Position numbers and translations under genes: made by a program
From: a virus
Lineage: Duplodnaviria; Caudoviricetes
Direction: 5' to 3' (one strand)
IMG/VR virus record: IMGVR_UViG_3300032329_000200
Span: 1 to 24,706 of that record
DNA: 24,706 nucleotides
In this document: positions 7,366 to 15,288 of the stretch, piece by piece
How positions within the stretch are numbered: the stretch's first letter is position 1
Layout: each line of letters starts with the position of its first letter
Notes under the pieces: model-generated
The model's database searches: none
Told to the model about the DNA's origin: nothing
The model's input: only the letters and a program-made list of their open reading frames with translations

Positions 7366-8550
7366 ATGAATGGTGTTATTGCGTGGGCTTCGAACAGTCC
7401 GACCGCGCCGACAGGTTACGGAACACAGACTGCCGAGTTTTTGATTCAAGCGAAACGTGCAGGTTATAAGGTTGCTTCGATAAGCAATTATGGCCTTGAG
7501 GGTGTGAACACTGTTTGGGATTCCCCTGTTGGCAAGATTCCGCACTATGCCAGGGGAAGTGATCCTTATAGCAATGACGTGATTCCGTTACACGCACAGC
7601 ATTGGGCGAATATGAACCCTGACTTGCCGTCTTGTTTGATTACTCTTTACGATGCTTGGGTGTTTGAGGGAGTCGGCTTTGACCGTTTGGACAGGATTGG
7701 TTCTTGGACTCCTGTGGATCACTCACCGATTCCTGAACGCGTTTTGAAGTGGTTGCGCCGCGACAACGTGACACCGATTGCAATGAGTAAGTTTGGTTTG
7801 GCTCAAATGCAGAACGCTGGTTTGGATGCTGAGTATGTTCCTCACGGCATTGATACAAGAAAAGTTTTTAAGCCAACGTTCAAGTTGCCTGACGGAACAC
7901 CTATCGAGGAACACTTGGACTCGAAGGACAAGTTTGTTGTGGGTATCAATGCGGCAAACAAGGGTGTTTATCCTATGCGTAAGGCGTGGGATGTAAACCT
8001 GTTGGCGTTTAGTATTTTTGCTCAAAACCACGATGACGTTTTGCTTTACATTCACAGCGAACCGTTTGGGTCTGTGGGCGGTGTGAACTTGTTTGACTTG
8101 TTGGAGGCTGTTGGTTTGCCGAAGAATAAAGTTTCTTTTGTTGATCCTGTGGCTTACCGTTACGGTATCGACCAGCAAACTGTGGCCGCGCTTTACACCG
8201 GTATGGATGTTCTCCTAGCAACGAGTCTGGGTGAAGGCTTTGGTCTTGCCACGATTGAAGCTCAGGCTTGTGGCACGCGCGTGATCGGTTCCGACTATGC
8301 AGCAACACCTGAGTTATTGTCAGACGATTCTTGGAAGGTTCAGGGCCAACCTTTGTGGGATGCGCCTCAAAAGTCTTGGTTCAACACTCCTAACGTTATG
8401 GAGATTGTTTTGGCGTTGGAGGATGCCTACCAGAAGGGCAAGTATCGGTCACAGGCGGCTCGTGAGAAGGCTTTGGAGTATGACTCGGATAAAGTGTTCA
8501 AGGAACAATGGCAACCCGTCTTAGGGCGTTTGCTGAGTGCGGTAAAATAG
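7366..8550 (+). CDS. Glycosyltransferase, GT-B fold (GT4/Glycos_transf_1-like)
   Basis: 'PTGYG' N-terminal loop, 'VPHGID', and the GT4 E-x7-E motif 'GEGFGLATIEAQACGTRVI'. RBS GAGAGG. Confidence 0.92.
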   Translation: MNGVIAWASNSPTAPTGYGTQTAEFLIQAKRAGYKVASISNYGLEGVNTVWDSPVGKIPHYARGSDPYSNDVIPLHAQHWANMNPDLPSCLITLYDAWVFEGVGFDRLDRIGSWTPVDHSPIPERVLKWLRRDNVTPIAMSKFGLAQMQNAGLDAEYVPHGIDTRKVFKPTFKLPDGTPIEEHLDSKDKFVVGINAANKGVYPMRKAWDVNLLAFSIFAQNHDDVLLYIHSEPFGSVGGVNLFDLLEAVGLPKNKVSFVDPVAYRYGIDQQTVAALYTGMDVLLATSLGEGFGLATIEAQACGTRVIGSDYAATPELLSDDSWKVQGQPLWDAPQKSWFNTPNVMEIVLALEDAYQKGKYRSQAAREKALEYDSDKVFKEQWQPVLGRLLSAVK

Positions 8551-8572
8551 AACTAGATTTTAGGAGCTTACT

Positions 8573-9193
8573 TTGGCTATTACTAACGGTTACTGCACTT
8601 TGGCGGATGTCAAGGCAGCGTTACGGATCACGGACACGATTGACGATTCTTTACTTGAAATGTCTATCAACTCGGCTTCGAGACTTATCGACGGTTATTG
8701 CAACCGTTACTTCTACCTGGGCGAAACAAACACTGAGCAACGCTTCTTCAACACTAGCGACGCTTTTCTGTGTGTCATTGATGACCTAGCAGAATTTGTT
8801 TACCTAGACACCAGCTCGACGTTGCAAAACCAATTCGATATTCGTTGGTCGAACTCGGGCGATTACCCTGACTACGAACTGACTCCACCAAACAAACTCT
8901 CTAACGGTTACTACTCGCCTTACACGGCTATCAAAGCCACAGGGCATTACTTGTTTCCGTTCTTTGGTGACAACTCTCTAATTCGTGTCACAGGCCGTTG
9001 GGGTTGGTCTGCTGTGCCAGAAACTATCAAACAGGCTACCGTTATTCAGGCAAGCCGACTGTTCAAACGCCTTGAGTCACCTTTGGGTGTTGCAGGTGTT
9101 TCCGATATGGGTGTGATGCGTGTCGGTCGGGCCATTGATGGGGATGTTGCACAACTCATTGACCCTTATCGTTCGTTGAGAGTAAACGCCTAA
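8573..9193 (+). CDS. Head-tail connector/adaptor (gp6/gp15-like)
   Basis: 'Y.TLADVKAALRI', 'ASRLIDGYCNR.F', 'GRWGW..VPETIKQA', 'LIDPYR' pattern. Position after the capsid gene. TTG start with AGGAG RBS. Confidence 0.85.
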   Translation: MAITNGYCTLADVKAALRITDTIDDSLLEMSINSASRLIDGYCNRYFYLGETNTEQRFFNTSDAFLCVIDDLAEFVYLDTSSTLQNQFDIRWSNSGDYPDYELTPPNKLSNGYYSPYTAIKATGHYLFPFFGDNSLIRVTGRWGWSAVPETIKQATVIQASRLFKRLESPLGVAGVSDMGVMRVGRAIDGDVAQLIDPYRSLRVNA

Positions 9194-9603
9194 TGCCGGT
9201 CGCGATTGCTGATCTACGAAACGGTTTGGCTGCGAACTTGCAAACGATACCTGGTTTGCGTGTAACCTCGACGGTTCCTGACCAGGTGAACCCACCGATT
9301 GCGATAATTAGTTTGGACAAAATAAATTATCAGCGCGCTTTTGCTCGTGGCCTGACTGAGTATTTGTTCAAGATTACGGTGATTGTTTCGCGCCAGTCGG
9401 AACGTAACGCTCAACAAAAGTTGGATCAGTATGTTGCTTCTGACGGCACTTATTCGGTGCTGGATGCGTTAGAAACTGACCGCACACTTGGCGGTAAAGC
9501 AGCCGATTCCACTCTGGTCGCTCTCGACGCTTATGGTAGTGTTGTTATTGGTGAAACAACTTATCTGAGTGCAGAATTTTCTGTCCAGGTATTCGCTCTT
9601 TAG
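9193..9603 (+). CDS. Putative tail terminator/completion protein
   Basis: 136 aa, immediately before the tail tube gene. Alpha/beta pattern with terminal beta strand 'AEFSVQV'. Confidence 0.6.
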   Translation: MPVAIADLRNGLAANLQTIPGLRVTSTVPDQVNPPIAIISLDKINYQRAFARGLTEYLFKITVIVSRQSERNAQQKLDQYVASDGTYSVLDALETDRTLGGKAADSTLVALDAYGSVVIGETTYLSAEFSVQVFAL

Positions 9604-9615
9604 AAAAGGATTATT

Positions 9616-10020
9616 GTGGCTGTATTTGTAGCACAAGACTTTAAGACAACGCTTAACGGCACAAACATTAGCTCTTGGTTGACTCACACCGAGCTTGCGT
9701 TTGAGACTGCTGACGTTGAAACCACTACTTTTGGTCAGACTTGGCGCACTCGTATCGCCGGCCTAAAGACTGGAACTGTGAACCTACAGTTTAACCAGGA
9801 CTTTGGTGCTGCTGCGGTTGATGCAACCATTTGGCCGCTCATCGGAACCGTTGGAACCGTTGTTGTAACCCCAACCTCGACTGCTGTTTCAGCAACGAAC
9901 CCGGCTTACACTGCCACCGTTCTGATCAACGCTTACGGCGTTATGGGTAACATTGGTGACCTGTCAACCGTTTCGGTTACTTGGCCAATCACTGGAACCG
10001 TCTCAAGGGCTACGGCGTAA
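9616..10020 (+). CDS. Major tail (tube) protein
   Basis: Thr-rich beta protein with 'VETTTFG...RTRIAGLK.G' and RBS AAAGGA. Sits directly before the tail chaperone. Confidence 0.8.
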   Translation: MAVFVAQDFKTTLNGTNISSWLTHTELAFETADVETTTFGQTWRTRIAGLKTGTVNLQFNQDFGAAAVDATIWPLIGTVGTVVVTPTSTAVSATNPAYTATVLINAYGVMGNIGDLSTVSVTWPITGTVSRATA

Positions 10021-10022
10021 TA

Positions 10023-10274
10023 ATGAGACCACTTCTACGCATAACGTTCAACGACTCAACTTCAAAAGAGTTGACTGTGAACGCGCCGGACATTATCGCC
10101 TTCGAACGCAAGTTTGAAATCAGTCTTGACAAGCTCGAGTCTTACGAACACCTGTGCTTTTTGGCTTGGCGTGTTGCTACCCGAACTGGTTTGACTGTTG
10201 CCGACTTTGACACCTGGTTGAACACTGTGGAGTTTGTGGAGTTTGTTGAAGGCCCAAAAGGTTCGTCGCTTTAG
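10023..10274 (+). CDS. Tail assembly chaperone (gpG-like)
   Basis: ATG at 10023 follows the tail tube stop. Ends just after the slippery heptamer C-CCA-AAA (10253-10259). Confidence 0.8.
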   Translation: MRPLLRITFNDSTSKELTVNAPDIIAFERKFEISLDKLESYEHLCFLAWRVATRTGLTVADFDTWLNTVEFVEFVEGPKGSSL

Positions 10275-10411
10275 GCGAAAACTCTGAACATTGGTTCATT
10301 GCGAACCTGGCTGTTGCTACCGGTATTGCGCCTAGTGTGTTGTTGCAAGAGTCTGATCGTATGCTTTACACGATGATGATGGCTGTCCAGTCGCAGAATA
10401 GCCCTAAGTAA
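10253..10411 (+). CDS. -1 frameshift extension of the tail chaperone (gpGT-like)
   Basis: X-XXY-YYZ heptamer CCCAAAA in the correct phase. The -1 frame is open: RFVALGENSEHWFIANLAVATGIAPSVLLQESDRMLYTMMMAVQSQNSPK* (stop 10409-10411). It fills the apparent gap before the next gene. Confidence 0.8.
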   Translation, partial: PKRFVALGENSEHWFIANLAVATGIAPSVLLQESDRMLYTMMMAVQSQNSPK

Positions 10412-10420
10412 AATAGGATT

Positions 10421-10921
10421 ATGGCTAACGAAATCTTGATCACTGATATTCAGAAGCTGCAACGTGAACTGATGAAAATTGAGCCTGAACTAAAGAAGCA
10501 ACTTGTTCGCGATATCAAGCAGGTTGCTGAACCTGTTTATCAAGCTGTGAAATCTTCTATTCCCACTGTTGCACCTTTGACTGGTATGAACAACGCTGGC
10601 CGTTTGGGTTGGACTCCTTCTTCTGGTAAAAAACCTGCTGATGTTCGTATCGTTTACCGTTCTGGTTCTAAACGCACTGCTCCCCTGGTTACTTCTTTGG
10701 TGTCTGTGAATGTTGGTTCGGCAGTTATTTCGATGATTGATATGGCTGGTAAACGTAGCCCTTCGGGTCGCACACCACAGGGTCGTGCAATGATTCGAGG
10801 TTTGGGTCGTTCGCCGTCGCGTTATGTTTGGCCAGCCGCCGAACGTTCTTTGCCGCAGGTAGAAGGTAAAATTGAAGCGATAGTCGCAAAGTATTGTCGC
10901 GACTGGAACATTAAGGCGTAG
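10421..10921 (+). CDS. Putative HK97 gp10-like neck/tail completion protein
   Basis: Basic 166-aa protein with an N-terminal helix 'IQKLQRELMKIEPEL' and C-terminal 'SRYVWPAAE'. Tail-operon position. Confidence 0.55.
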   Translation: MANEILITDIQKLQRELMKIEPELKKQLVRDIKQVAEPVYQAVKSSIPTVAPLTGMNNAGRLGWTPSSGKKPADVRIVYRSGSKRTAPLVTSLVSVNVGSAVISMIDMAGKRSPSGRTPQGRAMIRGLGRSPSRYVWPAAERSLPQVEGKIEAIVAKYCRDWNIKA

Positions 10922-10923
10922 AG

Positions 10924-12324
10924 ATGGCATTTGGTATTAACGTTCCGGTTGGGTTCAAGCTCAACCCTGCTGGTTTACGATCGGCTAAAAAAGAGTTTTC
11001 GTCTCTTGGTGATTCTGTCAAGTCTGGTTTGAAGTTTGCTGGTATCGCTGTTGGTCTTGGCGAAATTGTGAATGTTATGAAGGAGTCTGTTAAGGCTGCT
11101 GCGATGGATAACAAGTCACAAAAATTGTTGGCTTTGCAGTTGATGACTACTGTTCACGCAACTAAGGAACAAACTAAAGCCACGGAAGCCTATTTGGGCA
11201 AGTTGTCTATGTCTGTGGGTATCGTCGACGATCTGCTCAGACCGGCTCTGGCGAACGCTGTTCGTGGCACTGGGTCGTTGGCTAAGGGTCAAAAACTTTT
11301 GGGTATCGCGTTGGATGGGGCCGCAGCGACCGGTAAGCCTTTAAACGCTGTGATGCAAGCTTTGATTAAGGCAAGCAACGGCCAGACTGGTGCGCTTTAC
11401 AAGTTGGCTCCACAGTTGAAGGCCACTAAAGGTAACCTGGATGATTTTGCTGCTTCGGTGAAGGGTGCAGCTCAGGCTAACGCTGACCCTTTTGCTCGTA
11501 TGCAAGTTGCGATTGATGAGTTGAAGGAAAAGTTTGGGCGTTTGCTATTGCCTATGGTTATCAAGTTTGTTGACTATTTGACTAAGACTGTTGTTCCTGC
11601 TGTGTCACAGTTTTTGGATCAGGTGGGTAATCCTAAGACTGATGTTGGTAAAACGTTTTTGGATATCAAGAAGGCTGTTGAGCAAACCTTTAAGGGTGTT
11701 CGGGATTTTTTTGCTTTGTTTGGTGGTGGTGATGCGATGAAGGGTTTCGCTAACATTGCTGGAGTCATTATTCGTTTATTGCCTGCTTTGTTGGCTTTGA
11801 AAAGCATTATGTTTTTGTCTTCTGCTGGTTCGGCTATTGGCAATTTGGTCAAGGCTGTTGCGTTGATTCGTGGCACTGGTGGCGGTGGAGGTGGTGTCGC
11901 ACCTGCTGGTGCTGCTGGTGGTGCTTCTACGGTAATGAAATTGTTAGGGCCTGTATCGTTTTTGGCTACTGGTGCTGTTGCTTTGTTGGAGGGTTCAAAG
12001 ATTACAGGCGCGGCTGAAGATGCAAGACTGAAAAAGTATGGTGTAAATGTTCAGGCTTATCACGCTGCTGTAGATCAGAATCCCTACTCGGGTCGTTTGA
12101 ATCCTTTGGGAACACAATTTTCTTACAATCAAGTTATGGCAATGTATTCGCCGGACACTGTTGCTAATGCGCCTTTGAAGGGTAAGGGTGTTCCGCCGAC
12201 TGTTATCAACGTAAATGTTCAGCCTGGCACTTCGGGTCACGAAACTGCTAAACAACTCGTGAAACTTCTTGCAACCTTTGACAAGATCAATGGCACGAAC
12301 ATAGTTACTAAAAAGGGTCGCTAA
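10924..12324 (+). CDS. Tape measure protein (short, 466 aa)
   Basis: Ala/Gly/Leu/Lys-rich helical protein with hydrophobic stretches and a C-terminal 'INVNVQ' strand. Downstream of the frameshifting chaperone. Confidence 0.85.
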   Translation: MAFGINVPVGFKLNPAGLRSAKKEFSSLGDSVKSGLKFAGIAVGLGEIVNVMKESVKAAAMDNKSQKLLALQLMTTVHATKEQTKATEAYLGKLSMSVGIVDDLLRPALANAVRGTGSLAKGQKLLGIALDGAAATGKPLNAVMQALIKASNGQTGALYKLAPQLKATKGNLDDFAASVKGAAQANADPFARMQVAIDELKEKFGRLLLPMVIKFVDYLTKTVVPAVSQFLDQVGNPKTDVGKTFLDIKKAVEQTFKGVRDFFALFGGGDAMKGFANIAGVIIRLLPALLALKSIMFLSSAGSAIGNLVKAVALIRGTGGGGGGVAPAGAAGGASTVMKLLGPVSFLATGAVALLEGSKITGAAEDARLKKYGVNVQAYHAAVDQNPYSGRLNPLGTQFSYNQVMAMYSPDTVANAPLKGKGVPPTVINVNVQPGTSGHETAKQLVKLLATFDKINGTNIVTKKGR

Positions 12325-14099
12325 TGGCTGTGCCTGTCCAAAAGGTTGAGTTTGGGTTTACGCAAAGCTCGCCAGGTGTTTACACTTACCTCGACATAAC
12401 TTCGTATGTTCGTTCTGTGAGTATTAGTCGCGGTGTTTCGCGTGAGACTGACGCTTACCAGGCTGGCACTTGTTCGATTGTTTTGGATAACAACCAACGC
12501 GCTTTTGACCCTTCGTATTCGTCGAGTCCGTTTTATGGGCAGGTGAAACCTCAAGCTGCTGTTCGTGTGACTGTTGGCAACGTTGTTGTGTTTACAGGTT
12601 TTGTTGACAACTGGTCGTTTGATTATCAAATTGTGGCTGATGCGACGGCCACGATTACGGCTTCGGATGCTACTGGGCGTATTTCTCGTGCGAGTCTTCC
12701 TGCGATTACTTGGACTTCTGAATTGTCTAGCACTCGTGTAACAAACGTTTTGAACCGCGCCGAGGTTGCGTGGCCTGCTTCTCAGAGACAAATTTCGTTG
12801 GGTTCGCTAACGTTGGGTGCGGATACTGTTTCGGATGGCACTTCGGCTTGGGATTATTTGCAACAGGTTGCTCAGTCTGAGGGTGGGGCTTGTTTTGTTA
12901 CCGGCACTGGTGATGTTGCGTTCAAGGGCCAGTCAGCTTCTTTGGTTCCTACTTCGGCAACCGCTTACCGTTACAACTTATCTTTAAACCCTTCCGCTGA
13001 AACAAACACCACAGGTTATTCGGGTGCGACAAGGGTTTCAACTCAGGCTTATGTTGGCACTTATTCGTTGCAGGGATCAACGTTTACTGAGTGGGATGTT
13101 TTGCCTCCTGTTGCTGGTGATACTTTGAATGGTTTGAGGTATGCGGATTCGGCTACAACTTTTGTTTCGAACACGGCTTACACGTTTAGTTGTTACGTTT
13201 ATTCGACTGTGGCGCAGACTGCTACTTTGACTGGTGGTTTCAAGAGGACTTCTGCACCAGCGAAATTGGATGCTTCTTACTCGACGGTTTCTTTGGCGGC
13301 GAATACTTGGACTCGTATGAGTGTTACAGCCACACCTTCGTCAAGCGCGGCTACCGGTAACTTGTCGATTGAAGTGCCTGGTGCTGGAACGACTGTGTTT
13401 GTGGATGCTGTGCTTATTGAGGCTTCGCCTTATTTGAATGTTTATTTTGATGGCACTTCGAAACCTGCGAACACGGCAAGCATTACTTACACAAACGCTT
13501 GGCAGGGAACAACAAACAACTCGGCTTCGACGTTGACTATTGTGACCTCGTATTCACCTTCGACACCTAACGGTTTGGTTGTTGGCGATGCTGGTGGAAC
13601 GGCTATACCTTATGAGGATGTTCAGGTTATTTACGCTTCGGAAACGCTTTACACGAACACTTCGATTGGTGTTGCTGGAACGGCTAACGCCACTCAAGCT
13701 AACGCGGCTAACGGTTCGGCGTATGGTATTCGCACATTGACCATTGATCCGTCTTTGGTTGCTGACACAACTAACGGTCAAGCACTTGCTAACTACTATT
13801 TGGACATTTATGACAACCCTCAGTTGCGTTTTGATTCGGTAACTTTTGGTTTGCCGGGTTTGTCAGCTGTAGATCAGGTGAGTGTTTTGAACTCTGAAAT
13901 TTATACGGCCGTGTCGATGACTTACACGCCGTCGGCTTTGGGGTCTGCGATTACTGCTTATCAAAGAGTTGTGGGAATTAGCCACACAATCACACCGGAC
14001 TCTCATAAGGTAACTTTGAACCTGGCAGAATTTGGCACTAGGTTTCGTTTAGATTCTGTGACTTATGGTTTTTTGAACACGAACATTCTCGGATATTAG
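12324..14099 (+). CDS. Minor tail / tail hub protein with inserted beta-sandwich (CBM-like) domain
   Basis: Follows the tape measure gene. Motifs 'SISRG', 'LDN..R.FDP', 'VFTGFVD.W', 'LQQVAQSEGG'. Thr/Ser-rich central insert. Confidence 0.75.
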   Translation: MAVPVQKVEFGFTQSSPGVYTYLDITSYVRSVSISRGVSRETDAYQAGTCSIVLDNNQRAFDPSYSSSPFYGQVKPQAAVRVTVGNVVVFTGFVDNWSFDYQIVADATATITASDATGRISRASLPAITWTSELSSTRVTNVLNRAEVAWPASQRQISLGSLTLGADTVSDGTSAWDYLQQVAQSEGGACFVTGTGDVAFKGQSASLVPTSATAYRYNLSLNPSAETNTTGYSGATRVSTQAYVGTYSLQGSTFTEWDVLPPVAGDTLNGLRYADSATTFVSNTAYTFSCYVYSTVAQTATLTGGFKRTSAPAKLDASYSTVSLAANTWTRMSVTATPSSSAATGNLSIEVPGAGTTVFVDAVLIEASPYLNVYFDGTSKPANTASITYTNAWQGTTNNSASTLTIVTSYSPSTPNGLVVGDAGGTAIPYEDVQVIYASETLYTNTSIGVAGTANATQANAANGSAYGIRTLTIDPSLVADTTNGQALANYYLDIYDNPQLRFDSVTFGLPGLSAVDQVSVLNSEIYTAVSMTYTPSALGSAITAYQRVVGISHTITPDSHKVTLNLAEFGTRFRLDSVTYGFLNTNILGY

Positions 14100-14118
14100 G
14101 ACAAGGTAAAATAGGACT

Positions 14119-14592
14119 ATGGCTGGTGCAGGTTTCAAAACATTCAACTCGGGCGACGTTCTTGGCGCAACCGATGTAAACACTTACCTTATGCAGCAAA
14201 GCGTTATGGTTTTTGCTTCGGCAGCTGCGCGAGCTTCGGCTATTGCTGCACCTTCTCAGGGAATGACTTATTATCAGTCTGATGAAGGTCGAACTTACAC
14301 TTACACAGGTTCTGCGTGGAAACCTAATACGCCTTTTACTATTCAGGCTGGTAATACTGAAACTGGAACTGGAACGGTGACGGTTACTTTTGCTGTTGGT
14401 CGTTTCACTCAGGCTCCTGTTGTTACGGCTTCTCTTTATTCGTCAACTAACGGTGCTACCAGCGTGAGCGTTGCAACACCAGGAACTGCTGGTTTCACTG
14501 CTTATGTTTGGGCTGGAACTGCTGCCGCAGCAGTCTCGAGAACTGTTGCTTATACGGCTGTTCAAATGATTTCAACGAACGGTGCTGCCTAA
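14119..14592 (+). CDS. Minor tail / short fibre protein
   Basis: N-terminal 'F.SGDVL.A.DVN' virion-anchor-type motif. C-terminal 'VTF...FTQAPVVTAS' resembles H-type-lectin-like/gp53-like fibre domains. Confidence 0.65.
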   Translation: MAGAGFKTFNSGDVLGATDVNTYLMQQSVMVFASAAARASAIAAPSQGMTYYQSDEGRTYTYTGSAWKPNTPFTIQAGNTETGTGTVTVTFAVGRFTQAPVVTASLYSSTNGATSVSVATPGTAGFTAYVWAGTAAAAVSRTVAYTAVQMISTNGAA

Positions 14593-14726
14593 TGATAAAA
14601 GTAACTTGCCGAACTGACGGCTGCATAAACGAAAACATCCCTATCTCTTTTGAAACGATTGGTGACACCGTTGTTTGTGGCCCGTGTGGTGTTGTTATCA
14701 CTGACATTGTGACGGACACCGAGTAA
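14592..14726 (+). CDS. Small Cys-rich protein (44 aa), fibre-associated
   Basis: MIKVTCRTDGCINENIPISFETIGDTVVCGPCGVVITDIVTDTE. TAATG coupling at both ends. C-x4-C ... C-x2-C. Confidence 0.7.
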   Translation: MIKVTCRTDGCINENIPISFETIGDTVVCGPCGVVITDIVTDTE

Positions 14727-14947
14727 TGACTGAGCTTAGACAACCGACGAACTCGGAACTGTTGAACCGTATTGATCGCAAACTTGCTGTCATCGAGTCG
14801 AAGATTGACCAAATCGCTGACCACGAGGACAGGTTGCGTGAGTTGGAACGTGCCAGGTATAAGTCGGCTTGGATTACTTCAATTGCTTCGTCGGCTTTGT
14901 CGGCTGTCATTGTGTTCGTAATTATCAAAGGAATAACAGGAAAATGA
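14726..14947 (+). CDS. Coiled-coil plus single C-terminal TM protein (holin/XhlA-like)
   Basis: Heptad region 'IESKIDQIADHEDRLRELE' followed by hydrophobic 'WITSIASSALSAVIVFVII'. Confidence 0.6.
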   Translation: MTELRQPTNSELLNRIDRKLAVIESKIDQIADHEDRLRELERARYKSAWITSIASSALSAVIVFVIIKGITGK

Positions 14948-15288
14948 TTAACCCTGGCTTATACGACCTTGTTTGTCCACAGGGTGCTTCGTTTGACAAA
15001 ACTTTTACTTGGACTATTGGTGGCACAGCCGTCAACTTGACTGGTTACACGGCTGCTATGCAGGTTCGCGCCTATTCTGATTCTTCTGCGGCGTTGGTGA
15101 GCCTCACAAACGGTTCTGGTATCACTTTGGGTGGCACTGCTGGAACGATTGGTGTTGCGATTTCGGCGGCTGTTACGACCGGTCTTGATGCAGGTTCTTA
15201 CGCTTACGATCTTGAGCTGTATTCGGGTTCCACTGTGACTAGGTTGTTGCAGGGTGGTTTTACTGTTACTGGTGGGGTTACTCGATGA
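14944..15288 (+). CDS. Ig-like fibre connector protein (BppU/LtfC-like)
   Basis: ATG at 14944 overlaps the previous stop (ATGA). Pattern 'QGASF', 'VNLTGYTAAMQVR', 'YAYDLEL', 'RLLQGGFTV'. Directly before the collagen-like fibre. Confidence 0.7.
   Translation: MINPGLYDLVCPQGASFDKTFTWTIGGTAVNLTGYTAAMQVRAYSDSSAALVSLTNGSGITLGGTAGTIGVAISAAVTTGLDAGSYAYDLELYSGSTVTRLLQGGFTVTGGVTR

Noticed and set aside
9981-10022. Upstream starts given by the ORF track (also 14508, 14869, 20604, 20915)
   Set aside because: Downstream starts (10023, 14592, 14944, 20613, 20963) have stop-start coupling or a clear RBS and avoid long overlaps.
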